A stretch of DNA of 59,399 bases, filler included, from Sphacelaria rigidula (taxonomy: Eukaryota), in the NCBI GenBank assembly GCA_964200075.2. It is 8 parts of 8 records of this genome, joined end to end, with 100 filler letters (N's around TTAATTAATTAA, not from the genome) between each part and the next. Parts side by side here need not be neighbours in the genome. Positions count along the whole stretch, not along the records: positions 22,315 to 29,651 come from CAXNAA020015370.1; positions 29,752 to 37,088 come from CAXNAA020015371.1; 6 more parts are not named here. One strand, given 5' to 3'. A program made the position numbers and the translations under genes. Positions 22,691-36,059 of the stretch are shown piece after piece; the first letter of the stretch is position 1; each line of letters starts with the position of its first letter. Under the pieces are notes generated by a model. That model saw only the letters and a list, made by a program, of their open reading frames with translations. It was not told where the DNA came from and searched no databases.

Positions 22691-24516
22691 CGGGCGGAAC
22701 AATCTTAGCAGGATGCAGTTCACCCTTCATGCGACTCGACGAGCACACCAGGGCGCTTCGCGCTTGGTGGTTGGAGTGTGGTTTTACGACTACGGCATTC
22801 ATGATCATGAGCACCCCCTCCCCTCCCCTCCCGAGTCCGTCACTTGGGGACGGTGAAAGTCTCCCGACAAGACGGAAAAAAAATTCTCAAGTGGAGAATA
22901 GTCCCGATGTTCCATTACTTATGCGTAGTAGAGATAGAGGCCAGCTTGCGTTAGGATTTGAAAAGGAGCGTGGTTCCTTTTTTTTCGCCCACTCCTTTTG
23001 GTGAGCGGTGTACTCTTTCGTGATTTGTTTTCCACACCAGATGCCGCACCTTCATAGTTTTGTTGGGTGCAGATGTGTCCTTGTTTTTCTTGTCGGAAAT
23101 GTCTTTCGGCATGAGCAACGTTTGTGGCCGTACTGCTGCTCTTGTGCTAGTAGGAAGGGAAATGGTCAATCTGTGAACAGGATCAATCAAGTTGAATGTA
23201 AAAAACAAAAAAAACATCGGGCTTAGTTCTGCCACCCCGAAACATTACGTGACGTATCCTATCGAAACCCCTCGAAACAAAGGTCCTGGTCCACTTTGTG
23301 CTTCCGTTGGTCCCACGAAGGGTACGCGTAGCACTGTACGAACGGACGGTCGTCAGTAGTGCCAGAATCAGCACTACCGAGGTAGGCAGAGCCTTCAATT
23401 GCACCTGTTTTGGCACTTTTTGGAGTAGTGCCGTTGTCCGTGGTGGGCACATACCGGCACTACTGAGAGCCCCCCACTGTGCCTTCATTTCCTTATAGTT
23501 TTCAAATCATCCCAACACATTCCGCTAAAATGGCACTCCGAACGGCTGCCTCGCACATGTGCTGTTTCCTGCGGGATTTGTGATTTCATCAACTGTTGGC
23601 TTTACGGGTGCATTAGGTAGTGTACAACTGATGCAGCAAGCGGCATGAGTCGCGGTAGAGAGCTTCCAACAGGATGCGGCGACCAGCGGGCCGCCCGCCA
23701 GTTGTGGCTTTGGATAATATTATTGTCCCCATCACCTTGCCACAGAAGCCTGTGTGGTCGGGGTGGGCCGCCATTTCCCTCTGTGTAGCATGCGGTAAGT
23801 TCTCCTCGAAGGCTATGAGCGTTGCGGCGCTCATACATAGAGTATGGCACAGTACAGAACAGTACAGTACGCCTCTCCGACTGCAGCAGCAGCTGCCGCT
23901 GCATACTCCCTTGCACGTTCTGGGCAAATCCAGCAACCGAGATTCAACTGTATATGTACCGCTTTTTCATCCCCGCCCATTACATACATGTTGACTGCAC
24001 ACTGTAGGTCATCGTCAGAGGGATGAGCAGAATTCATGACGGTAGCTCCTTTCGTCTTAACACGGCCCACCTGGGTTCAGTGCCTCGTGAAAATGACTAA
24101 ATTGTAGAGTGTACACTCCTTCCCGGCTTTTCCCGCTTCACCCTGTGATTGTGTAATTAATGCGTTTGAGTATAGAACTACGACCCCCCACCCCCCCCCG
24201 GAAAATCTCGGGAACTCTATAGTGAAAACAAGTAATACCATTAAACCAAGCGGCGACCACCCTGAATTAGGAAACCTGGGAGGGCTTATCTGGGCGAGGG
24301 GTAGGGTCCTCACACGATCTTTGCAGTGGCATCACACTCGCCAACAATCCCCGCGCTGGTCGTTCGGGTCTGGTCAATGAATTTCGCCTTGCCGTGATTG
24401 GGCAGGTCGCTCAATGACTCATATTTTCATTTCGCTCACACAGGGTCAACCGTGTGTTGGTAGGGGGTCGGTTCGGAAAGGGTTGGGCAATCCGATGAGG
24501 AGCAGGGAACCACCTC

Positions 24517-24942
24517 AACACGTGATTTTGCAAAGTGGGGATGGAGTTTTATTGTGGATGAGAACCCTGAGAATTAAAATCTTGGTATCCACAACAAATC
24601 TTCGAGTATGGTTCTATTTCTTCACTTGCTGGAAGAGCTTGACAACTACTACACGTCATGAAAAAATGAATTTCGACAACCGAAATGTTGGGGTATGAGG
24701 TGAAGAAAATTCGGGGAATTTTGGTGATCCAATCGGACCTCAAAATTGGTTCTTCACCTGGGACCCCAACATTTCGGTTATCGAAATCCAAATGTGTATG
24801 GCGTGTAGTATTCGCTGATAGCAGCCAGCAAGGGAAGAAATGTAACCATATTCTGAAGATTTGGTGTGGATACGAAGATCATGATCTTCCGGGTTCTCAT
24901 CTCCAATACAAGATCCATCCCCAGTTCGTAACATCACGTGTT
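24517..24942. repeat. ~425-bp imperfect foldback (MITE-like)
   Basis: AACACGTGA...GGATGAGAACCC...TTTCGACAACCGAAATGTTGGGGT mirrored by ACCCCAACATTTCGGTTATCGAAA...GGGTTCTCATC...TCACGTGTT; the opposite-strand ORFs both read FDNRNVGV. Confidence 0.85.
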
Positions 24943-25689
24943 TCTCCCATTTTCAGGTAGATTTTATATTTGCCGTTGAAGAAAATAGCTGAAAGTCCGT
25001 GTGTGAAAGTATACCATTCAAGTGCGACCTAAAACTACCCTGTTTCGAGTGTGAACGAAAACTGCTTGGTGTTTTAGCGTGACGTAATTCGCCATTTGAT
25101 TTTAGTGACAACGATGTAGACTCATTCAATTTCGTGTAGCCCCGGCTTGTCCATGTGGACTAGTTTACCGCAATGTAGGGTAGTGCCTAGCCTAAAATTT
25201 GGGGGACCCTTCCGTTGGGGAGTGTGAGCGTTTTTGTTTTTATTTTTTAACCTTGGCTACGTGTATCTTGCGACTTATCATTACTCATCATTATTTTGTT
25301 CGTCACACTAGCTCCATCTCTAGAACCTGTGGTCACAGAGTGCAAGAAGTATACCACATATCACCCATAACCATAATCAAACAGTCCACAGAGGAAGGCA
25401 AGAAACAGAACATCTGCACGAAAAAGGGCACCTACACTACGGAAGATTCGTATGAGACCGATTGAACTACAGGAGACCTACCTTTAGTGGAATCTAAGAA
25501 GTCCCCGCGTGTGACCTCCCCGACTACTTTGCCACGTACTGGTGTATACAGCGAGTAGGCCGATAAATCGAAACTGTCGCGTAGAACAGAGCCCGATCTG
25601 GAAAAAAATATTCCGTCTAGAGTGCTGTTTACAGAGATTCTCTACAGAGCCTGGGCACCGGAGACTGAACAACGTCAGATATGAAGATC

Positions 25690-26460
25690 CAAAAAAGACA
25701 CGAAGAACAAAAAAAAAGGATCGATGGCAACGAGGAGGAAAAGCCAGGAACTACGATCTCCCCCGGCTTCTGGTAAATGAAGTAGCATCTTCAGAAGGTT
25801 CGTCACTGTCGCTTTCCACTGGTGGGCATGGTGATCGTCAGAAGATTTCGAGGTTACCAACTGAGCCACCGAGGCGACCGTGTCCTATATTTGACCACGA
25901 AAACGTGGGATACCATCTGTGTGTAGTATCCACAAAGACTATCAAAAACTCAACAAAAAAAAATATTCCGCCCTCAACGAAATTAGCCGCCAAATCCGCT
26001 CTTCTCCGCTGCAAGGTCCTCTTTGAAGTTGACCTCCTGACGCTCTCATCTGTCCTCACCAGTGTCCTTGGCCAACCCAATTGCCCATCCTCGCCGGTGT
26101 CCATGATCCCAAACAGTCCTTCCTTTCGTGATGAAACATTGCCTCCTTCGTTATGCACTCTGATGCCGGTCTATAGTAAGTGTCTCGGCCAGGGGGCTCA
26201 AGCAGACCTAACCCGTCCGTCGACGACCGCTCCCCTTCCATCCTTGTCGCCGAAACCAGTCTACACGCCGGAACACGCTCCTTTGTATCAAGGGTGTGCG
26301 TGTCAACTTCCGACAGCGGTGTCATCTGCCTCCGTGCACACACCGTATCCCAACATGACCGCACTCAGGGTGCTGTCACATGATACTGCTTGTAACGCAG
26401 GATATGCCCGCACTCAGGGTGTTGGCATATTATACCGCTGCAGTACAACAAGGGTGAGTG
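25690..26460 (-). mobile_element. Degraded non-LTR (RTE-like) ORF2 3' remnants
   Basis: Fragments such as ATRMEGER, GLFGIMDTGEDGQLGW and HQWKATVTNLLKMLLHLPEAGGDRSSW in shifting frames resemble LINE C-termini; many stops. Confidence 0.45.
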
Positions 26461-29311
26461 TGCCTCATGAGCACCATGCTCCAACTTCACGACCACATCA
26501 CAGCCTTTGCCAAGGGTAGTAGCGAGAAGGAATCACTCCTTGAAGGTCGTTCCAGCCCTTCACCCACCGAAAATACCCTCCCCACGCCGTACCGACAAGA
26601 CCGGTCATGTCCTTCGTTGGAGGACGGGTAACGAAGGCGCTAATTGAAGATCCGATAACTGTATGTGTATCAATCACTGCTGCCGACAGGTCACATGTAG
26701 AGAGTATATATTTCTCAGCTGACGTCGCCGCCTGGCGGGCAGAAGACGCCGCTGGTTTTACCCTGGTCGGCCTCATTCCTTTTTACCCCGGTCAGCCTCA
26801 ATCCTTTTTACCCCGATCGGGCTCATTCCTGTCGCGTGGATATCCCCGTGTAAACAAGTTTGCATTGCACTTGAATGCAAGATGGGGCCTTGAAAAATAG
26901 TGGTGGACGGCTGTTACGTTAATCCTTCAATGGTCAGAGTGTGTCGTATCTTCGTAGCGGCATGATATTTTTCTCGAACAGTAAATGTGATGCCCAGATT
27001 ACCCTTGGCGGCATACGCACAAGACAACAGAGCCCCCAGATATGCCGGCGGTGCTGAATCGCTCCACATGAATTGTTGCAGAATGGTCCGTGCTATGGTA
27101 CACGTTTTGCTCGGCACGTGAAGCTTTCGTGGCTACTCGGTTGAAATCGGCTGAGGAACAAACGCTGGGCAATACAGTCGGCATGTATTGCAATAAAAAT
27201 ACAGTAGAATCTGCTGCAGTAGATGCCAATGTTGTCGCCCGTAATGACCATTGATCGGCAAGTAACTCCTTCTATTGTCGTCGGCAGTGTCTACCGATAG
27301 ACCAGTCTCCCGCACTTTAGTCTGGGCAGCAGTCTGTTGTAACCCTACACCGAAATCTAATGCGGCCGACAAAATGTTTTGATCGATAGTTTTCCAAATC
27401 TTTTGATGACGGCAATGGATATCGATAGACCGCGTGCCAAATCTAATGATGACGATGGCTATTGACAGATTGTATGCCAAATCTGTTGATGACGGCAACC
27501 GCTATTGATGGATTGCGTGCAAAATCTATGCATGGCGGCAATGAATATCGATAGATACATACCAGAATTTGCTGTGGTATGCAATGCCTACCGATAGAGA
27601 CTTCATGTCTATTGCCACACCTACATCGCGATTTACAACGTATAGAGCATCTCATACTGTCAAAGTACAGTAGAGAAGCCGCAGGTGGACATGCAGTGGG
27701 TATATGATGATTCAACTCGTGAATATATGACGTCACGTTTCACCATTTTTGGAACGCTTGTATTTTGTAGGAATCCACAGGATGTATGGACAAGAAGTAC
27801 ATATTTCGTTGTTGGTGTGGTGTTGGTAATTATGTTTATCCCTCTGATGGACATGAGCGCTCACAGTACTTTTATGTGTGGGTGAGATGTGCTTATAACC
27901 TAGACAATGTTCGTCTAATATTTGCCCTGCAAAAGCCCCGAAAATTTTGCTGTCAATGTTCATTGTCAGTCCAAATCGACTGGCATGAATGTCTACCAAA
28001 AGCTTTCGTAGGCGACAACAGATTCGGAACAAGGGACATGATGTATCATTGCCGTGACAATCGAGGAGCCGAGTTGTCTATCTATACATTTTATTGGTTG
28101 CAATAGGCTCTGAATCACGGCCGCCGATGTTTATTGCCAATCACAGTAGGATCTGCGTGGCCATCAATACATATTGTTCGTCACAATGGGATCTAAATTA
28201 CGCCCATCAATGTCTATTGAGGGTCACAATATCATCTGAATCACGGCCACCAATAATATCTATTGCTGACCACAAAAGTAGCTGAATGGTGTCGATCACT
28301 AGCGCTATGTATTGACGTTTTGCGATGTATGTGGCTACCTTACTGTTTTCATTGCCCAGAGTGTGGAAGAATGGAACCTAGGGTCCAGTACAGGCTCAAA
28401 CCCCGAAGTTTTCATGACCATTGTCCAAGCCTACTATGTACATCGCTTGTGGTCATTGGTTCATAGCGAATGCCGTCATGGAGGACTGTGGATTGAAGGC
28501 GTACTGCACATTCATAAGAACTACTACCAGTTGTGGAGGTGCGCATTTCGAAGACTCTCACGGCACCCTGGCGGTCGAACTAGTAGTGCAGGAAGATGTG
28601 TTTTTATTTGTTTTCATCATCTTCTTTAGCGTTCGCTGCTTTTACCTCTGTTACTCCCTTTCCCGCTTAATGTGGTTCCTGTTTTTTCTGATTCTTTTAT
28701 ACTTCCAATCGAGTTTCACTCCCATGTTTTTGTCGTGGAGTTTCCATGACGGAGAGATGAATCCATGATGGTGAGGAGCAGTGCTTACGCATTGGCCGTT
28801 AAGATATGGTTGACAGAGCGTTCTCGGACATTTATGAGTTCGAACTAATGCTAGCCCTAGCCCTAACCCTGACCCCGACCAAGGCATGCGGGAACCCTTG
28901 GGCGAAGGGGATGCGACGGTTGTTCTGGGCAATGCTTGCGTTGGCAGACCTCAAATCGGCGCTGCAAGCGTGAATTCGGACAAACAACACGTTCTGGGCA
29001 AGCAAGGAGCACTTGGGATTGTTGGCCCCTTTCAAAAACCGAGTATTGTTTGTTCACTCTCAAATCAAGTGATGAACCAAATCAACCATTTCTTTTCACA
29101 ACCAATGCGTGAGCTCTACTCATTGTGAGTGGCGAAGGCGCTTTTGCTGTATCAGTTGATCCGTGCCGTTTGTTTTATTCTTGATCGTTCTTTGCTATTC
29201 GTTCAGCTCTTGATTTGATCGTATACCATTGATAATGCTGTCATCGTTGGTGTTGTTGGTTTGCATTACTTTGGTTGTTTTCGTCTGCCAAAACAAAATG
29301 CCATGCCATAG

Positions 29312-29419
29312 AGAGGAACCGGTTCTCGTGGAAGGCGACGGCACCTCGATTCGGCAAAAGAACAAGGTTGAAGTGCTGCGGCGGTACAAGTTCTACCTGG
29401 CTTTCGAGAACAACGACAT
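29312..29419 (+). CDS. Alpha-1,3/1,4-fucosyltransferase (CAZy GT10), single internal exon
   Basis: CCATAG|A...GACAT|GTGAGT; EEPVLVEGDGTSIRQKNKVEVLRRYKFYLAFENND contains the GT10 motif YKFYLAFEN; 108 nt, phase 2 at both ends. Confidence 0.88.
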
Positions 29420-29651
29420 GTGAGTTGAGTGAGGGGAAACGTTTTACGATAGCGCCCCCCCTCCCCCCATACTCCGTCTCGAAAGGGATGCGTGGTCAAT
29501 AGTCAAACGACCAAGGCAAGCAACAAATGAGTACGCCCCCCCCCGCCCCCGCCCCCGGAAGCTGTGGCTGTCTCTGGAAGTGGCGATACCAAAGAATAAA
29601 GCAACTCATTGTTGGCTGTCATCCAAATGCAAGAAAATCAGTAGGCTTAGG

Positions 29652-29751
29652 NNNNNNNNNNNNNNNNNNNNNNNNNNNNNNNNNNNNNNNNNNNNTTAAT
29701 TAATTAANNNNNNNNNNNNNNNNNNNNNNNNNNNNNNNNNNNNNNNNNNNN
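29652..29751. other. Artificial contig spacer
   Basis: Same linker. Confidence 0.99.
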
Positions 29752-29795
<44 letters not shown>

Positions 29796-29802
29796 GATAA
29801 TG

Positions 29803-29867
<65 letters not shown>

Positions 29868-29952
29868 GAAGAAGAAGAAGAAGAAGAAGAAGAATAATGA
29901 TAATAATATTAGATTATGGAAAGAAAGATAAATGGATAGATGGATAGATAGG

Positions 29953-29984
<32 letters not shown>
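29752..29984. repeat. Compound microsatellite (TAA)n/(TGA)/(GAA)n followed by (GA)n
   Basis: Direct reading at the contig start. Confidence 0.97.
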
Positions 29985-29990
<6 letters not shown>

Positions 29991-30469
29991 TAGCTAGGTA
30001 GCTAGGTAGCCAGGTAGCCAGGTACTTAGATAACAAAGCGAAACAAAACAGGAGAGCGACCAAGGAAACCCCTGGAAATGACCAGCCTCTGCAACATGGC
30101 TGTGGTGGACAATGTCTTGCATAGAAGCACACAGTCATACCCAATCGAAAGCAAAAATACGTGGAAACAGATTACGGCTCATCTATGCCGACCGCGCTAT
30201 GCTCGAGTCCACCAAAATGATACTTGTGTACACCGAGAGGAAATAACACATGGAGAGAGGGGGAGACAGAGACAGGCAGACAGAAAGACAGAAAGACAGA
30301 CAGACAGACTGTGGGAGAGGGGACGAGCGAGAGGGATGAGGAAAGAGAGACCGGAGAAGTTAATGAATAAAGCAATATACAGGGTTTCATATGTCGTCAG
30401 CTACCTGCTTCCTCACGTTTAGAAGTACACATTGGAAAGTAGATTTGAAGGTTTTCAGTCGAACATAAT

Positions 30470-30835
30470 ATTTGTCTACAGGCTACTACTTGTCGCACAC
30501 ATTGATATCCAGCAGCGGCTGTCTAGAGTTGAAGCGTGTTCTCGTCAACTATTTGCCTATCTGCAACTAGTCGCCCAGTGTTCTTATCCTGAAGGCAAGT
30601 GTCTATAGGTGACTAGTCGCACAGATTTCTCACCCAGTGGTCGTCTACACCTGACGACTTGTCTGATGATGCCACCCGAGAATCGTCTCTACGCGACTAG
30701 TCCCAGAGAGTTTTCATTCAGTAGTCATCCACAGACGACTGGTTGCCTGACTTTTCATACAATAGTTGTCTACAGACGACTAGTTGCACGGGATTTTCAC
30801 TCAATAATCATTTGCACGCAACTAGTCATTCATCT
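30470..30835. repeat. Degenerate short-motif array (GACTAGTCGC/GTCTACA motifs), probable non-autonomous TE interior
   Basis: Recurrent ACTAGTC, GACGACT and GTCTACA motifs at ~40-bp spacing. Confidence 0.5.
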
Positions 30836-31115
30836 TTAACGTACAGGCTGTGAATTGTTTCTCCCAAACCACGATGCCTGGGACGGCGACTTTTAAAACC
30901 CGTTACTTCGCATTTGATTCAGCTCCGCACAGTGGTATTTCCACCCTCCCCTTCGGTTTGAAGTCGCCACTCTGTTATTTTCTGCGATCATTTGCGTGTA
31001 ATACATACGTGTGTCTTCTACGCGAATGATACACGTCGCAGTGTTGCGCTGAAGTTTCAAGGGGTGTGTGTTTGGTCCCTACGTGATCATTGAAACGGTG
31101 TCTTGCGGCATGTAG

Positions 31116-33811
31116 GTGGATGGCGTTCTGGCCAAGATGGAGCGCTGTGGGATACAGCCGGATGATGAGGCCGGACGATTGGCAATATCAGCAGTGCTCA
31201 CCAAACGGGGCTGGTCTACGGTAAGTGCCATTTGCCCGGCCGATTGTGCGTGTCGCGTTCATTCCCGCCAACTATGCTTGTCATGTCCACCTCCCGCACT
31301 ATGGTTCGGTAGCCTGCCTTCGTCATTCCAGTAGACGCGCCGTACCAGGGTGATCTTGCTCCATCTTGTAGCTACGGTGCGTGTTACCATTACACGTGGG
31401 TCGACTCGTAGCGTGTGGTGGATTCGAAGGCAGGTTAATGTGCATTCTTGGTCGTTTTCCGACTGTGTACTTGCATTACGACTACAAAACGTGGCACGCT
31501 TGAGTGTCCCACGTGAAGCTGTGGAGACAGAGCACGTCAAGGGAACAAAGGACGCGAAGACAGAGCAAGATGAGGTTCGCAGGTACACATATGCATCCAC
31601 ACGTCACGTGACGAGTGCCCTCGACCACTTGTACGCCCCTTTTGTGCACTCCCTTACAAATGCCATTGTATTCGCCATCACCGTATTACAGATCGCTGCT
31701 GTGTGGACAGCATTGACCAAGCGTCAAAAAAGCGTGCCAGGGTTGAGTTCGAAAGACCTCACTGCCGTCGCGCATGCCTTTGGCGGCCTTGGGGACTGGG
31801 GAATGGTTTTGCAAATATTGGGTGACTCGTCTGCGGAGCGACCCAAAACTCTCGCCACACTCGATCTGCAGAGGTGAAATAACGTGGTCAACCATATGCG
31901 TGGGTGGGTGGACCCTTGCTAAACAATCGTACAATCCAGTCGTACGTCACATGCAAGCCCAGCTATTACGGCAGAGGTCGGCCAGGACGATTCCTCCGCG
32001 CGGTCCTCAGCCCGGTGCGGTCCGGGAGAGTGGGGGTCGTCTGCATGGATCAATTCTTGGAAGTATCGCACTCCGCGTCGATTCGCCAGTGTGTACGCCA
32101 GAGAGCGCTGTTTCATACTATTGTTCAGGCTTAATCCGACCATACCATCACTTCCTTCCTCTCCCCGCCCCCCGCCGCCCCCCTCGACGATTCACCGCCG
32201 ATTCCTGTATTTCCCCCAGCAGCTCCAACTTCACAACTGTGTTGTCTTGCCTTAGATTCTCTCGTACCTCCCCTTTATTCCTGCTTATCGCAAAGCGTGT
32301 ACGCCTTTATTCTACCCTTGCCTTTTTTCGTTTGCCTGAACCTCTCACCTTCCACGAGGCAGTTACAACTTGATTGTCTCCGCGCATGCATCCGGTGGAG
32401 ACGCGGTGGGTGTATTGCGCACTTTCGAGGAGATGAAAGCAAGTGGACATCAGCCCGGTCAGTCTGCCCGTTTTCAAAGTTTTAACACGTGTCAGTTTTT
32501 TTTTTTTCGTGTATTGGAGGGATCGATCTCCAGAAAATTAAGGCCCACATCAGGTGGCTTTACTCCTGCGAGGTGACTGCCTTGCGCGTAGATGCAAGCC
32601 CTTGTCATGAATTTACCCCGTCTGATCTTTTCCCGATATTTACTTGTGCGCTGCCCGTCTGTCCGTTCAAAAGGTGTTGCAACGTACATGTACGCCTTCG
32701 ATAACTTGGCTAAGGGTCGCGGTCGCTACTGGGTGAGTGCTGCTTCAGAAAACGGTTTTTAGGAGAGATCACACGCATATCGATCACCGCAGCATATGTG
32801 CTCAGCTCCCGCAACGCCTCCCCCCGCTTTTTGTCGTCCCTCCTTCCATTCGCTGGCTTCTTTACATGTTCGCTGATGCTTTACTTGCTTGTCACCTCAT
32901 ACCTAACGTCACACGCTGACGCGCGCGTGCGCCCACCAAAAGATGTCAAGCCCGCCGCACCTTTCTTCCTCGGCTGGTTTCTCTTCTCTCAATGCTAAAT
33001 CCTCTTCACTGGGCACGCACGCACACGCATCCCACACAACACTGCCGCATCTCTCCCCGACCACAGGCGGCCGCGTTAGAGGTGTTCGACGCCGTACGGT
33101 CTGCCCCTGACCGCGCCGGTACCGCGAGCATGGAAGGTCTCGATAGAAGCGTTGTCGTGATGGATGGCATGTGGAACAGTGTCATCGTCAACGTGGCGCT
33201 GGTGGGTCCTCTGAGGCAGACGGGAGAACACTTGCGTGAGATTGGTTTCGATCGGGCGTGGATGCGGCTACGCGAGTGCATTCCGAACGCATTGTAGACA
33301 CATCCGAGTCTACCGCTTGTGCGGTTGATTTATCAATTTTGGAGAGATGGGCTCGTGGGAGAAGGGGGGGAGGGGGCACAAAATACACATGGTGGGGAGT
33401 ATGTCGCATTGGATATAGACACCCCCATCGTACGTCAAATTAGGGCATCCATGATGTTACGTGTACGTTCGATGGTAATCGGCGTGTACAACGAGAGCAC
33501 TAGTATCCAGTGGATCAAGTAAGCAGCCTTGTACTGTCATGACTCAAGGCTTGCCCTCCTTTGATCATGGGTATACGTCTGTATTGTAGATATGACTTCA
33601 GTCACTTTGAGAAATACGATGGTTTCATGGAAGGAAGCCGCGTAGAGCGTGTACACCACGTTTTTGCTTACCGCCAGCCCGCTGCTTTTGTTCCCCACTT
33701 GTGCAGGGACGACAATCGGAAAAAGCGCTGTCTCTCCTGGATGAGGCGCTTTCTCTAGGCGTGGCGTTACAAGCAAGCACCTATGACGCCATAATCTTCC
33801 TTATGGGCAAG
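31116..33811 (+). CDS. Pentatricopeptide-repeat (PPR) protein, partial; exons 31116-31220, 31692-31873, 32363-32457, 32674-32732, 33067-33201, 33707-33811
   Basis: All six exons have AG/GT borders and compatible phases (0,0,2,1,0,0). Spliced peptide has PPR motifs: LAKMERCGIQPD; SYNLIVSAHASGGDAVGVLRTFEEMKASGHQPG; WNSVIVNVALGRQSEKALSLLDEALSLGVALQASTYDAII. Confidence 0.88.
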
Positions 33812-34164
33812 GTCAGAACTCACCGAAATCAACACAGATATTGAAGCAGAACTAATCATGTGTATATTATATATAGGAGTTATGGTTGCCGTAGCTTATG
33901 GGACATCCTCCATATAGTCACCTTGGATACGTCCATCTTGTGACGTATGGACCTGTCTGTACTCAGAACGAGGTCGGAGGACTGCTCCAAGGGCTTCCTT
34001 CGTCACTAGGGCTTGGAGACCTCAGGACAGGTGTTCACACACACATTCTTCGTTACAGGAGGTGATAAGCACCTTCTTCACATACATCATATGTCAAGCA
34101 TTCATGATCATACTCCAGAGAATATCCAAGAGCCCAATCTTATGAAAACCTCATACAGTGGGGG

Positions 34165-35125
34165 TCGCAGTTTAAGAGAGCTCAGTTTAAGAGGATTGCC
34201 GGTTCAAGGGAGGTAAAAAAAGCTTGGCACGCCCCTCTCTTGAACCGAACGCTGGTTTCTCTTGAACCGGACCCATTCTCTTAAACCGAACTCTCCTTTC
34301 TCTTAAACCGGATCCACCCCAAAACCCCCCGCTCTTTTACTGTATAGCGCTGTAGCCCGAGAAAAAACATCTCAGTACATCCAGCAGTTGTAACACACAA
34401 ACAGCTTCAAGCTCCACTGGCTGCCAGCACGATGCCTTGCGCGGCGGGTATTACAGTGTTTGCACGACAGTATTACAGCAGAGAGGTGTAACATGGTGAA
34501 GGTGTCGTACCATCTTCGTAAGGCCAAGCTGGCCTGGATGGACGAGTTTGGGTCAAGCAAAACGAAACAAGCTTGCATGGCAGAGTTCATGTCGCGTTGG
34601 AGAAGCTGCCGATGAGCGCATGTCGTATGTCTATTGCTGGGTAGGACGAGTGTAGGTATTTGAGTTTCTCTGGTGAGAGAATCACTTGTACAGCAATACA
34701 GAGTACGGTACAGTATGTGTGGTTTTCTGTCTTTTTGCCTTATGTTGTTTTTTCCTTCCAAGATGTGACGTGTGCGTGGCGCGCATGTGTTGGGTTGGCC
34801 GCTCTGTTCAGATGATGTGGGGATAACTTCGATACCGCGGAATATGTCGATTTCTTCACAACAAGGGGGGATCGTGCTGGATGTGGGTCCCGTAGCGCAC
34901 AATAACATTGTGTAAACGATATGAAATATTATTTCAACACTTTGATTGGCCACCCCGGCACAAGCGGCCCCTCAAAGACTGTCAACAACCCATATATTCG
35001 GTTTGAGAGAGGTTTTCTCTTACACCGACTTTTCGGTTCAAGAGAAAATCTCTCTTACACCGATTCAGTAAAAGGTCGTGTTTAAGAGAGGTTTTCTTGA
35101 TTTGCCACGCCCCTCTCTTGAACCG
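34165..35125. mobile_element. Non-autonomous DNA-transposon-like element with subterminal TTAAGAGAG/CTCTTGAACCG motifs
   Basis: Clusters of GTTTAAGAGAG/CTCTTAAACCG at both ends; CACGCCCCTCTCTTGAACCG at ~34228 and ~35106. Confidence 0.45.
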
Positions 35126-36059
35126 TGACCCCCTCTGTATCTGAGTTGCTGCATCACGTTATCATGCACCCGCGCGTGTACTGGAGGGATATAATATATG
35201 GCACCCCCAAAGCCCCGCACTACGAGCTGGGCCAGGTGACGGGGATTTTTGAACGTTTTCGGGCCCGGCTGTGGGTAATCCGAGGAGTTAGGCGCAAACT
35301 TTTCGACACGACATTTTCATCAACATGCCCAACATGTTGAGGGATGCCAAGAAGAAATAAACAGAAAGTTAGATCGATTTGAAGCTTCAGCAGAAGCCGG
35401 GAAAATGTTTGAACTCCGTGAAAATTAAGAAATACGGCGGTATTCTGTTAGGTGTTGTGCGTACTAGCGTGTAGGATATCCTGGTAAAATTTCGGCCAAA
35501 AATTATCAAAATTGGGCGCAGCCGGGCACTTTTTGTGCGACACCGCTGAGCCCATTTTTCTCAAGTGAGACAAGAGACTCCAGTTATGAAGGTAACGAGT
35601 TCGAATCCCGACATATTCTTTTTTTTTTCTTTCCGTCGTCAAGTTTATACATTGTGCAGTACATGTTTTTCGTTTTTTTCTTCATTCACCGGCGGTGCCG
35701 TGCGTTACCAGATTGATCTGCAGTTCACAGCGATATACTCAAGTCGGGCTGCTTTGGTAAGCTTGATGAGTCGTGGTGTGAAATGCAAATGCGGCATTCC
35801 CTACTGGCCCAGCTGGTACTTGAAGTAGAAATCGAGCTTGATAAGCAGCAGACATCGACAGTCACGTTCAAGCTATATTTGGTCGTCTGTTGAATGCCAC
35901 TCGATCATGCAACGTCTTGTTCCACAGAAGAAAGGGATAGCGAGCACCCCCTGAACATCGCCAGTATGAAATACATGAACCTCAACTCAACTCAGTGAAG
36001 TTAATGGTTTAGTGAGTGACGATTGCCAGCACAATTCAATCTCAATCAGCACTCAAAGC

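Noticed and set aside
25542..26519. 325-aa plus-strand ORF
   Set aside because: Antisense shadow of decayed LINE sequence; no recognisable protein.
28850..28880. Interstitial telomere
   Set aside because: Only one perfect CCCTAA among degenerate units; part of a dispersed repeat.
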